From Phoronis australis (Eukaryota; Animalia; Phoronida): a stretch of DNA of 64,000 bases. Shown piece by piece: positions 1 to 11,602 of the stretch. The notes under the pieces were generated by a model. That model did no database searches, was not told the origin of the DNA, and saw only the letters and a list, made by a program, of their open reading frames with translations. The position numbers and the translations under genes were made by a program. Every line of letters starts with the position of its first letter. The stretch's first letter is position 1. The stretch spans positions 131,757 to 195,756 of the forward strand of contig NMRA01000025.1 of NCBI GenBank assembly GCA_002633005.1. Reading direction: 5' to 3'.

Positions 1-379
1 GATTGGATTATGGAGTAGCACCAGTGGACCGTGTACTCATTCCTTAAGTTTCTGTTTCCTTGGCAGATAAGACGGAGACATCAGACAGAGAGTATGCTTA
101 GTTATAAGTGTTTATTACCTTGTTGTTTCAACTTTATTACGGTTTAACGTTGTTCGAGCTACTGTACTCCTTAGGCTTACTTTAAGTCGTGTATCGTTCT
201 TTAGCTTCCATTGTACCCAGAGGAGAGGAAAGTGATTACGCCATTGTGTTCGTTAAGGTTTTTTCCCCGGACCAGGTCTCGGTTTCCGGTTTCTGTCGAT
301 TCGCAGTGTTCGTCAATAAACGCTAGCAAACCTTGTTTTCTTTAACTTACTGTCGATGGAAGAGATTTCCAAGGTTACA
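1..379 (+). mobile_element. Possible 3' part of an LTR (window-truncated)
   Basis: AATAAA at 315-320 followed ~60 nt later by the terminus ...AAGGTTACA, the typical TG..CA LTR end. The left end and TSD lie outside the window. Confidence 0.3.
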
Positions 380-1499
380 TATCAGTACTCCTAAGGTTCA
401 TTATTGCGAAACCACGTTCACAACTCCGGGAGTTTACTACTCTGAATGTCTGCTAATGAGATGGAACTGATATTAATAATTGTGTCCATTTAGTAACCAT
501 TTAAAGGGTATGAAAAAGATGAGTAGCTCTTAAAACATTGTTTGCAAATGAGCTCAGTTCCAATCCGATTCACAGTCGCGACTCTTAAATCTCAAACGAC
601 TCAGCTGACAACATCTCAGTGGCGGCACGAGGACATTTTATTTCACGGTTGCGGCGACTTACGAGCGGCTTTTAATTTGAGAAGACTGGATGTGACTCTC
701 TGACTTGGTGAAGACTGGCAGTGATAGGATAACTTACTACACGCAGGTTCCGACCTACCCTCTCGCTGGTTCCCCAGCTGCGTGCCGCTAGGTGGTAGCC
801 AGCAGGTAGGAGGCACTGAACACGCGCTTGCTGTAACCTCGGCAGTCATTGGCGGGTTAGCTTTACAACAAAGTCAGAAAATGGCGGACTGTGAACGATT
901 TTTAGCTTTGTCATGTAGCGTAGCAGTAACTATTTCGTTTCTGCAGTAACTAATGGGGATGGCTGATTGTTATGACGCCGGTTTCATTACTTTAACCAAT
1001 GAGAAGCCAGATTAAACAACATCAAGACTGCATTACCAGCAATTCGTAAACTAGGTCATCCGCCAGGTTCTCTGCGTAAACTAGGTCATCGCTTATGGAC
1101 CAGTTAGCGCTTCACTCTCCGCGTGTTTACTGGAGAGAAGCACCCAGGAAGGTTGTTCTACATTTTGTAGCCCAAAATTACCAAAGTTCAAATATATTCC
1201 GTTGAAAATGAAAGACAAAACATATCATTACAGATGTCTGACCAATATCGTAAGCAAATCAAAGCTGTCCTTCTTACTCGTTGCCTTATCTCGCACTACC
1301 CGTCAATCGACTAGTTTTCAGTTCGCAATGCAACAATACAATTCACATAAATTCAACTTGTAATGACCCCTTTCAATTTTAAACCATGCCCGAAGTGCTC
1401 GGAAACAAATTATTGTTAGGTACAACGAGGCTTTTTTTTTCTCTGAAGTGGATCGTAAACACCTCAGGTGACTGAGTTTTATGCACATAGCTACTTTGG

Positions 1500-2040
1500 C
1501 CTAGAGCTGAATTCTTAGCTCCCATACTATGGGCCGGGCCGGTCAAGGGCCAATCCTTGTTGTACGCCCTACTTAACCATTGGAATCAAACTGTTATATA
1601 TAGAGAAAACGTTTATTAGTATACTGGTGTGAATATTATCAGTGATTTAACCAAAAACTTCGAATTAACTAGACCCACTAATGATAGTCTATGACAATAA
1701 ACTGATATCTAAAGGCCAAAATTGGCAATTTTCGGCGACCCCATGTTAAATACAAAATTTTGCCTAATTTTCTTCAAAATTCTACATTTCAATCTTGATT
1801 ATACTGACATCTGTTGGGTCTATCGGCAACTAACCGCACATGAAAGGGTTGGTCGAAAATTATCGTTTTCTCACATGCACTTTCGGGTTTTTAGGCGGCG
1901 ATTCCACTGATCGAAGCGACAAAATAAGCCAAAACTTTGGCCATACCATGTTAAACATAAAATTTTTTCCAATTTTGCTGAAACTTGGCCACGTTCTTAA
2001 CAAAATACTTATCTATGTTATGTGCTATCGGCAAATGTGA
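1500..2040. mobile_element. Degenerate non-autonomous element (Helentron/HINE-like or MITE) with two ~210-bp internal repeats
   Basis: Two diverged copies of CCATGTTAAA..AAAATTTT..CTATCGGCAA start at ~1741 and ~1947. Short palindromes (CCCATACTATGGG, GGCCGGGCCGG) lie near 1520. The family assignment is inferred. Confidence 0.35.
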
Positions 2041-4901
2041 TTGATTCATAAATAAGACCCTCACGCTGTGTTTTCTGCGAATCCCATGTATTCTGAAGGA
2101 GGCTAACTGAGTGATTTTCGCGCATGCGCAATTCACGGTTTCAATATTGCTGGTAATGGGCTACCTTTTGTAGCACTGTGAAAGAGTCACAGTGTAGTTC
2201 CGACCCATGCAGCCATGCGCGTGTAGTTTCTGGTGTGGTGGGTGAGATTGAAGCGCTGCGGACAAACTTTTCAGTCGCGCTGTGAAATGATGCGATCTTG
2301 ACATGGATTTGGTGAAGTGTCGAGGTTGATAATTCATCAATATTCCTACTTCATATTCTTTTCACAAAGTGCAAGTACACATTCATTTTCCCGTATGCAT
2401 AAGAAATGCTTTGGAGTCCACTTTCGCATGCGCATGAAAACCAAACAGTTTAAGTTCATTAATACGCCCGGTGGGCGTTGTGTACTAGGTACGACACTGC
2501 GTCTAAACCGAAATATGTATTTTTGCAAATGGAAGTAAAAAAGCGTCCAATTTAGTGTGGTGAACCTCCGGAAAAGTCGACCTTTGTAGCAATGCCTTCG
2601 GAGTAGCAGGCTGTACCCATTTCCAACGCTATGAGCAACTTAATAGTAACCTGACAAAACTTTCATCAAGTCATTCTCAAACTATATGTTTCCGTCTGAC
2701 TATGTGATGAAGTATAATCACTCATTTATCCGTAATCCAGAAAGAGAACTTTTTGGACCGTTACATCCGAATTTGGTTCCCGTTTTTTTGCAAGTAACCT
2801 TCTTGGCATACTCATTTCTGGGATTAGACCTACGAACTTCGTCCCACCTCAAGAAAATGGAGCCGCTAAAGCCTGTCTTCGTCGTGTTTTCGGATTTCTC
2901 TTCTGCCGACTCAGCTGGGTAAGGACACTACCGAAAAAAAAATGGCCGACCTTTGCGAAGTATGATCAAAAGGAACACCGTTTTAAAAATTGAACCACCC
3001 TCCCCGCAATGATTTTTATTATCCGCCTGATGATCATTTATCAGCCTGATATGAAGTCATTTCAATTCAAAGTGCTCACAATCGTCATAAGGTCTGATTT
3101 CATTGTTTGTTATAATTTCTGTTGTAAAGAAATGCCAGTTTACCACTTCAGCTGTCAGCGTAATTAATTTATCAAAAGAAAGCAATGAATGGCCGATTTA
3201 GGCATCAACAAACGACTATTTTATGTTACACTGAATCGTCTTCTACACATTTACTATCCCGAACAGCATGAGAGGCACTATTACTTTTTGCTGAACTATC
3301 TCTGTTATTAGTTATTGAATGCCTTTTATGAAATGTGGAATTGCAGCTATTTCCGATGGCGATTCACGATTTTATCGACGAGGACTTTACTCATTAAATC
3401 TCGTCAAAGACCAAACAAAAATGTTTTTGACACAAAGGTCGCTTATTGAGAAGGGTGAAACCCAGGATTAAAACTTTTGAACCCCCACCCCACATATGGC
3501 CTATCCATAAAAAATGAGATCTACGCACATTTGTAGATGGTAGTTCTATCATTGTTCATGAACAAACGGTATATCATTGTTGTCTTTATTCATTAGCTTC
3601 AGGGACAACGACGGCAACAAGGCATTCAAGGATTGGAAAACATTTTCTGTTGCTCCGCATTGTCACGTGCAACGAGTCAGCTTCACGTGCATGGAAACGG
3701 TCTACAATATAAACAAAAAGATACAGACGGTGGGGAACTATTTCTACTGTTATGAATCCAAAGGCGCGAAAGGATGTTACGTAAAAACGAGAATGCACTG
3801 GTTTCTCATGTGGCCAGCCGTTCATCAAGGGAAGTAGCATAAAATTTCATGAAACAATGTCATTCCAAGTAATCCAAATCAGCTGCGTTTTTCTGTGTAT
3901 TCAGTTCAGATAATTTTACTAGTAAAATCATTTGAAAATACCCATATTTGTAATTTGAGGGGGGCGGGGGTGAATTGTCCAGCAGCAACTTCCATATTCA
4001 CACTAAAAACCCGCACCACCGATATTGTTATATCCGAAACAGTGCTGTTTTTCAGTGTCAACGAATGTTTCACTCAAATGATTCGTATAAGAACACATTC
4101 TCAAAGTTAACAACAAAGCGAACAATTATTTATAGTCTCGGACACCGTTTTATAGTTATTATCGGCAGATCAATAGCTAAATATCTTATACTCGGGCCAG
4201 TCTCAAAATGTAGATCAACAAAAAATCCTTTTCACTGAATACTCATCCTGCATTCTCAAGATAGCGAACCTTTCTACTGTACAAACAACTGGTTTTGAAG
4301 AAAAACAACCCGAAAATAAATGGGTTAGCTAGATATGATTCGTGTTGTATAAAAAGGTTTGTGTCCATTTTAAAAGAAATGACGTTAGTGGTGAGACCGC
4401 TTAAAGTTTGCGATGCAAGAAAACTGATCACCTTGCGCCTGGTTTCACAATTCTGCAGTGGAAGTCACAGGCCCTTATAAATTTTGGCAGTTTTTACAAT
4501 ACATACGATGTATGCAGTAAGTGAAAAGACACATTATGCTTGAACATCAACTGGGATTAATAACATACAAAAAATTGATAACAATGATTGTCATCTGTTA
4601 ATGTCTGTGGTCAGTACACGGTTGTTGAAAAGACTGAAACGATCGTGACTGCACGGCGACTGAGATGGAGAAATGGGCAAAAAGGTCCGCCCCCGAGAGA
4701 CAAAAAGTCCGAGGAAATGGGACAAAAATTTCACGAAATAAACCAAATGCGCAATTCACAGTGGTGCCCCCGTTTTTTTTTAGTCCGCCCGCTCTTTTGT
4801 AAGCAAAAGGTCCACAACGCTGGGAATTCAAGCCCTCCCAAATTGAAGGCTGGGTGCGCGCATGAATAATGTCAGAACTGTCATATCAGTCCTGTTCCAG
4901 A

Positions 4902-5192
4902 TGTTACGACTGAGTCCTGATTGTATGTTGAGCGTTATTTATACTGCTATAATTGTATTACTTTAAACTATTTTCCGAAAGTTCTCACTCTCTCACACCC
5001 TCCTTACGCCCTCCTCCTCCCACTCTCCTCCTCCCGCCTTTCGACTGAGCTACCGAAGACCCGCTATTTGTGCAATAACTGTTTGCACCCAAGTGTTTTA
5101 TCATAGATCTCATGAGAGACGGCAACGGCACAAATAGTATTGTTTTGCAGAGATGACGCCACCTTCTCATTTCGGATAGGTTTGACGCAACA
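4902..5192. mobile_element. Possible solo LTR
   Basis: Starts TGTTACG and ends CGCAACA (7-bp inverted termini, 1 mismatch), with an internal CT-rich tract. No TSD seen. Confidence 0.25.
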
Positions 5193-7834
5193 TGCGGCAT
5201 CTACTGGGCATTCTTATAATGCTAAAAATACTCATTGAAGCACACCGTATGCATTGCTATCGTGGGCGCAATTCAACGCTCCGCGTTGCTCTTGTTGGCA
5301 ACTGTATTTATATCAGATCTACTTAACCTCTAACTGCAAGGGCACAATTTAGCGTGTGTAGTCTTGTTTTATTTAAACTCGACAACAATTGGACCAATGC
5401 CGTGCCTCCGAATGGAATTTTTTTTCGCAAAAAAATTGATTTACGCCTGTCTATCTTTAGAGTTCCTTTGTGGATTTTCACTTAATTTTGTCTGACATTG
5501 TTCTTGGAGAGAAGACGACGCCTTGTTTTGGATAGGTTTAATGTAATCGGTGCAGTTTAATGGCCATTTTACGATATTAAAAACACTACTGGAATTGCAT
5601 TGCAGTCGTGGGTGCTTCCATGGAACTGTGATCACTTGGGTTTCAATGACAGCACACAGTTCTAGGTAGAAAGAATGCAGACGTATTTTCCTGGTGGCTC
5701 TGTCGTCAATAAAATATTATTATTAAGTTGAAAAATGTCAGAACTCTTTTCTCCTGTGGAAAAGATTTCCTCACAAGACTGATTACAGAACAAATTGATG
5801 TCATAGAAGAAGAGCAAGAAAAGTGATGCCAAAACAAGTCAACGGAAGCAACAGGCTTAGGCGGACAGTGGGTCCAGACTGGGTAAATTGTTCCCGCAAT
5901 CAGAAAAAACGTATAAACAGTTAAAGGACTTTTGGAAACTGAGTGGAACGAGGGAAGTGGTGTGATCGTGGACATGAGATCACAGAAATAGTTTTATAAA
6001 GGTATTTCTGAGAGCGACTAAACAACTCGATAAGTCAACGCGGGCTGGAAAGAAAACCAATGACCTTACTGAATTAGCCTATAGCTTGTTTTGCTCTATA
6101 TGCGTAAAAAACATTACTGTATAGCCTCATTTTGAGTGTTTTGTTACGACAACAACGCGAAGTCCGTTGCATCCAATCTACGAAATTTAAGCAATTCATG
6201 ATTCTTTGGTGGGTAATTGGTCACATTGATCGAGACACGTACGTGAACGTCGTTTTTTATGGAAGTACGGTTGTGTGATGGTCTTAACCTTGCAGTTTGT
6301 CTAGGCGAATTCAATGAAAATACAGCCGACGCCTATCCAGAATCCAGAATCAAGAATAGATAGCTTCCCCATTATGTATGTCCTTGGTCTCGCTGACAAT
6401 GGACAGACATGAAGCCATCACACACTCTGCATTCCCTTCATTGTCCAAACTCTTTTACTATTTTGTCTTCTCCACTTCGTCCATTTTTAACATTCATAGC
6501 GAGAGTAAATTTAACGACGTCGAAGCCTTTTAGAGTACTATATTGAAAATGAATAAAAGGGCTGAACTTATTTTCATTGAATTATCCTAATTTAAGAGGC
6601 GTCTACATTTATTTTCATTAAAATAGTAGGGCCCAGCTTTCAAATTATTAGAAAATGTCATGAATAAAAGAGGACCTTATAACAAAGATGAAGAGGCAAG
6701 AAAAGTGCCATGAATGAGTAAATAAAGTGAGTAAACAAAGTCCACAAAGTGGTGAGAAAATTTGAGGAAAGTAGTGAAGTCCGCTAACAGATCCCCTGGG
6801 TCCCATCTCGATGCACGACAGCAAGGTGTTTTCAAGAATTAATGTTTCGTAAAATGCCCGGTAACTGCATGGAAGAGAAAACAAAAATACAGCACGGTGA
6901 ATTTGAACTATCACTAGCTACTGACAAACCACTGGACGGTCTCTAATCTTTGTACTCGAAACGAACTCGAAATTGTATTTGTCAATTTCTCTGCTCCTTT
7001 TGTCCGAACTCAATATAAGTGATTATCAGATTGTGCTCGTATAATTATAGTTTTTGCCTATGAATTTCTAGTCCAAGTTTGCATTTGGAGACTATATTCA
7101 TGCTACAAACTCACAACACAAATATGCAGTAGTTTTAGGAACAGAGTTGAGTCGCTATTTGGGACTTATTCACTGGACCCCTAGCATCCGTGCTTGATGG
7201 TTATTGAAATGGGTAGCGTAATTGGAGTGGGTTGTGTTGAATGAAACTGGATTCGAGAGGGTTAGAGTGTTGAAAACAAACAACAGATGGAATTCCTGTC
7301 TGCATTCCAATAAACCTGCCTTATATGCCCATGACCAAGACACCTATTGGATACACAGTCCACTTAAGGTAGTTTTTATGATGCGTTCCAGCTCTCGTAA
7401 AACATTCACACTTTTTAAAATCAACTATCGACAGTTAGTTAATTAAGGCATATTCAGCCTACATCGGCAGGTAAAAGTGGCCAACTTCAAAGTAAATAAC
7501 AAAAGGAAGCCTTATTTCCTGACTTGGTGTTTCAAGACCCGTGTCAAAACAAAAATCTAAAGAAACGACATCGTTACTGAGTGACGGGTTTTCCAAGGTA
7601 ATACACATACTACCGAAATACCCACGATGTAAGACTCAATGTGCTTTTAAAAGAACACTTCCTTCGACGCTTCTTATGGAAAATTATCAAGCGGGTTACC
7701 AAACCATACAATTAATATTTGTTATGCACTGAAGTCCATATCATGATTACATAACATAAATTATTGACTAACGATGGCCAGAACGTTAACTGTATGGGAT
7801 CACAAGAAATAATTTAAATAAGTAACAGCGAATC

Positions 7835-7950
7835 AATAAAAACAATGAATAAATAAATAAAAATAAATAATAATAATTAAAGAATAATAAAACAAGTATA
7901 TGATAATATAACAATAATAAAATTAGTAAATAAGCAGTAATAGTAAATAT
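7835..7950. repeat. Degenerate (AAT)n / A-rich low-complexity tract
   Basis: Run of AATAAA/AATAAT-like units. Confidence 0.7.
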
Positions 7951-9098
7951 TACAATCTTTTAGATCTGAATGTATTAAGACTGCAGAAAGAAATGAAAGA
8001 AAATAATCAATGGGCATAGAATAAACTAATCAATAGTTCCCAAAATCATGCAAACAATTAACGATAATTTTCTATATAAGCGATCAAATGCAGGGAACAG
8101 TAAAGACATTAAAATCACCCGGTCCATCACTGGTAGACTGGCAGCAGTTTCACACAAAAACATTCTTTGTTTCAATCGTGAACATCATCTATCTTATTCA
8201 GTGGGGAAGCAAAAAAGGCATGAATTCTCAATTAACTGTTGCTGCAAACGCAGGTATTGAAAAAAGCACCGTTGCTTTTTAACCACTCGATGGATCCGTC
8301 GTGTTTTGCCATATTTGTTTATTGCGCACACGTCCGCTAGACCTCTCTATGGTTCATGCAACAACAGTGGCCGACCAGTGGGATTTCGCTAGGTGGTTTG
8401 TTTCCCTCTCAACCGGTCTCTGGTATATACCCAGTGCAAGGGCTGGCGTTCGTTTACGTGAAAACGTTCATCAGATTTTGTGAATGGACAATAGAGGCCG
8501 CTACCTCCATGACTGTAAATTCATAAATAACCACAAGAAATATTTGAAAACTTGAATGGTACACAAAATTGCTACATTTCCATTGAATAATATTATAAAA
8601 AAACTGTTTATCCAGCGTTAAGAGAGTTTTTCTATAAATAGCGTTTTTTTATTAACGCTTTGCTTGGGTGCGAGAGTTTTGGCTAATGGAAGTCCCTTGG
8701 GCTAATTTGCATATGAAACTGATTGGACCAAATATTCCGCCATGTTGAGTCATAAACAACACCGTTGCGATGTGTGGATGTGCAGTGATTTTGACGTTTG
8801 ATTTGTTCTTGTACAAGATACCTGGACAGATGCTCTCCCCGTAATTGATCAAACATGATATCTACAACAAATCTACAACGTGTTAATTGAGAAAACAAAA
8901 TGTGACTCATTGTACTTGAAAGTGAAATCAAGAAGTCTGCACTCGGAGTCGGACCGCTGCAGTGGAAGCTATAACTCGTCAGTGGAAGAGGATCGGTATA
9001 AAGACCTTGCAGTAGAATGCCCTTTCTTGATTCCACAAGTGTGTTCTTGCAATTTAAAGAACCCTGCTGGTGACTGAATAGACAATCCACCATTCACC

Positions 9099-11588
9099 AT
9101 GTCTTCAGGGGCCACGAGTGCCCCTAATTCTACCCTGACTACCACGGCTGAAGTAGCCACCAGAGCAGGGTTTCTGTGTTTGTTCATATTGATTTCCTTC
9201 ATCGGCAATATTGTGCTGGTCGCCACTGTTGTGCAGAGTAGGTCCCTTCGCAAAGTGCGCATGAATTTTATCATTCTCAGTTTGTCTTTTGCGAACATTT
9301 TAAATTGCGTGTGTAACATGCCCCTTGTGCTTGGATATACCATTACCAATAACTGGGATTACGGTGAGGAACTGTGCCGTGTGAATTCATGTTTGATGCA
9401 GCTATTTAGCATTGCAATGATCATGGGTATAGCGATGATGTCTCTGGATAGACTGATAGCTGTTAGAAATCCGAGTAAATACGATACCATCATGTCACGA
9501 TGTCTGTGTAATTCACTCATTGTGTGTACGTGGTTACAAGCCGGAGCATTTTCTTTCCCACTTCTCTCTACTGCAATCTTGTCAGTGCCGTTTAAAACTC
9601 GCTATCTTTGCTCAATAAAACCAGGAACCACTGTCACCTACCCGGTTATTACGTCAGTCATTTGTTATTTGACACCCTTTGTTATGATACTTACAAGCTT
9701 TATTGTAATAATCAAGGAAGCTCTTCAAGAGAAGGCGACAAAAGCACAGTTTTCACGCGATCATCGGTACACGGACAGTTTAATAACGGAGACGCCTAAA
9801 TGGAAGGAGATCAAACGAACTCGATTTGTCGTGTGTTTGTTCATATTCTGGTTATTGCTAGAAGGACCATATCTTTTGTACACGTATATTGAACAGTGTC
9901 ATAGTAGTCCAGAAATACAAGGAACATCTGACACATCTAATTCTCTATTTGCAAGAAACTCAGCAATAATGAACATCTTGGAAATTTCTTTTACCTGGAT
10001 GAAATTCAGTAACTGTATGGTTTTGCCATTTGCTGCATTTTTCTACAGGAAGAATATTTGGCAGAAGTTTAAAGATCTGATATTGTGTCGAAAAAGTAAT
10101 CTCATTGTTGATGCGGGTGGAAGTGAAAATGGCAATAATAATAACAAATCAGAGAACGCGTTGAAGAATACATTTCTAGAAAAGAAAATGTTCAAAGTTC
10201 CAGTTTTATTTGCTACATCTCGAGGCATTCATGTCAAAAAATTAAACGACGAAAATGAAAGTCAAGAACTATCTGAAAGTCAAGACTCAGAATATTTTTT
10301 TGCTGACATGACTTCAAAATCCAATGATATTAAGATAGTACGCAATAAGGTTAAAAAATGTGACGTAAATGGGCCAGATAGCCCCCACAATATGGATGGT
10401 GATACAAGTGATTATGACTCCTCAGCTGAGTTGGACCTATTTTCTGTGTCTGACCCATCTATGCTCAAGTCTAAGAAAAATCAGGATAGCAGCGTGCATA
10501 TTAGATCCAAGTCGGAGACAATTGGTAGCAAAGATTCGGCTATCATAACAACTGCGCGAACACCACGTTCTGTTGTTGCTGAATTAGATGAAAGCAATGT
10601 CTCTCAGAAAAAAGAACGCAAACGAAACAGCAGTCAAAATGACTCGGGAATGGACTCAAACTTCAACTCAACTGAAAAGCGCAGAAAGAAAAGGAGAAGC
10701 CAGGAGGCATCTGCTGAAGAAGTGTCGGAGCCTGCTGAGCAAAAAACAGTTGAGGGGCGCGCTGATAGTAATGACTCAGGTCGCGGCAGTGTTAAAGAGG
10801 TGGAGAAACGTAAGAAGAAACGCCGTAAAGTCAGTACTGTCGATACCACAGGGGAAGAGGCCGAAATTCCGTCCAATCAAAGTTCTCCAAGAGATCACCC
10901 AGACACCAATCAAAACTCACCTAGGGAAAAAAAATCTTCCAATCAAAGGATGAGCAAAGAGAAGCAGCCTTTCTGTCCCGTGACAATCACCAGTGACGGG
11001 GAGGTCAACTCACCAGTCGCTGAAATACCAGATAACTCAAAAATAAAGATTTCCGGTGATAATGTGGTTGCTAAACCCAAAACGAAAAAGAAACGCCGAC
11101 CAAAATCACAGTCAGATGAGCCTTTGAGCCAAACAGTGATGGAAGTGAATAATCCTGTTTTTGAATGTGATGTGGACAGAGACCTGACAAGCACACGACG
11201 ACCACCGGCACGACTAGAGCCTCTTGATCACAAGAATATACGTACTAGTAAGACGTCGCCCATTCCTCCTTTGAGGTCAATGAGTGAGGTTCAACCTGAA
11301 GATAACCAACCAAGCGGGACTGTCACTAAGCGGGTTCGCAACAGAACCAATTCGGGTTCAAAAGATACGGAGCAAACGAGCACTGCACAGAAAATCACAC
11401 CACGATCTGATGAGGTTTCTAAGCGTCGGCGACGTAGCACCGCTGATTCTCAAACTCCTCTTATGAATTCTGGTTCGTCAGCAGAACTGAGAGACATTAA
11501 GATGACATCGGAATCTAAAGGTCGACGAAAGAGAAAGTCGGAGGTGACCCCTAACTCTGACCTTGACAGCACTCAATCTCCAAGATAA
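9099..11588 (+). CDS. Orphan class A (rhodopsin-like) GPCR, GPR161-like, 829 aa, single coding exon, very long C-terminal tail
   Basis: Kozak CACCATG. Seven hydrophobic segments in residues ~22-315. GN in TM1, WxxG..C in ECL1/TM3, SLDRLIAV (DRY-like), TM4 W, ECL2 Cys, TM5 P, TM6 GPY. N in place of D2.50 and TM7 LE..TW..F....P resemble GPR161. N-glycosylation sequon NST in the short N-terminus. Confidence 0.92.
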   Translation: MSSGATSAPNSTLTTTAEVATRAGFLCLFILISFIGNIVLVATVVQSRSLRKVRMNFIILSLSFANILNCVCNMPLVLGYTITNNWDYGEELCRVNSCLMQLFSIAMIMGIAMMSLDRLIAVRNPSKYDTIMSRCLCNSLIVCTWLQAGAFSFPLLSTAILSVPFKTRYLCSIKPGTTVTYPVITSVICYLTPFVMILTSFIVIIKEALQEKATKAQFSRDHRYTDSLITETPKWKEIKRTRFVVCLFIFWLLLEGPYLLYTYIEQCHSSPEIQGTSDTSNSLFARNSAIMNILEISFTWMKFSNCMVLPFAAFFYRKNIWQKFKDLILCRKSNLIVDAGGSENGNNNNKSENALKNTFLEKKMFKVPVLFATSRGIHVKKLNDENESQELSESQDSEYFFADMTSKSNDIKIVRNKVKKCDVNGPDSPHNMDGDTSDYDSSAELDLFSVSDPSMLKSKKNQDSSVHIRSKSETIGSKDSAIITTARTPRSVVAELDESNVSQKKERKRNSSQNDSGMDSNFNSTEKRRKKRRSQEASAEEVSEPAEQKTVEGRADSNDSGRGSVKEVEKRKKKRRKVSTVDTTGEEAEIPSNQSSPRDHPDTNQNSPREKKSSNQRMSKEKQPFCPVTITSDGEVNSPVAEIPDNSKIKISGDNVVAKPKTKKKRRPKSQSDEPLSQTVMEVNNPVFECDVDRDLTSTRRPPARLEPLDHKNIRTSKTSPIPPLRSMSEVQPEDNQPSGTVTKRVRNRTNSGSKDTEQTSTAQKITPRSDEVSKRRRRSTADSQTPLMNSGSSAELRDIKMTSESKGRRKRKSEVTPNSDLDSTQSPR

Positions 11589-11596
11589 AGCATCAG

Positions 11597-11602
11597 GTGA
11601 GT
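11597..11602 (+). other. Consensus 5' splice site 8 nt after the GPCR stop (probable 3'UTR intron)
   Basis: CAG|GTGAGT. Candidate acceptors at 11658 (CTTTTTTGCAG) and 23516. Confidence 0.5.

Noticed and set aside
8683-11466. Overlapping or antisense ORFs around the GPCR (8683-9093, 8969-9349, 10588-10953 etc.)
   Set aside because: These are shadows of the real CDS, with no recognisable domains.
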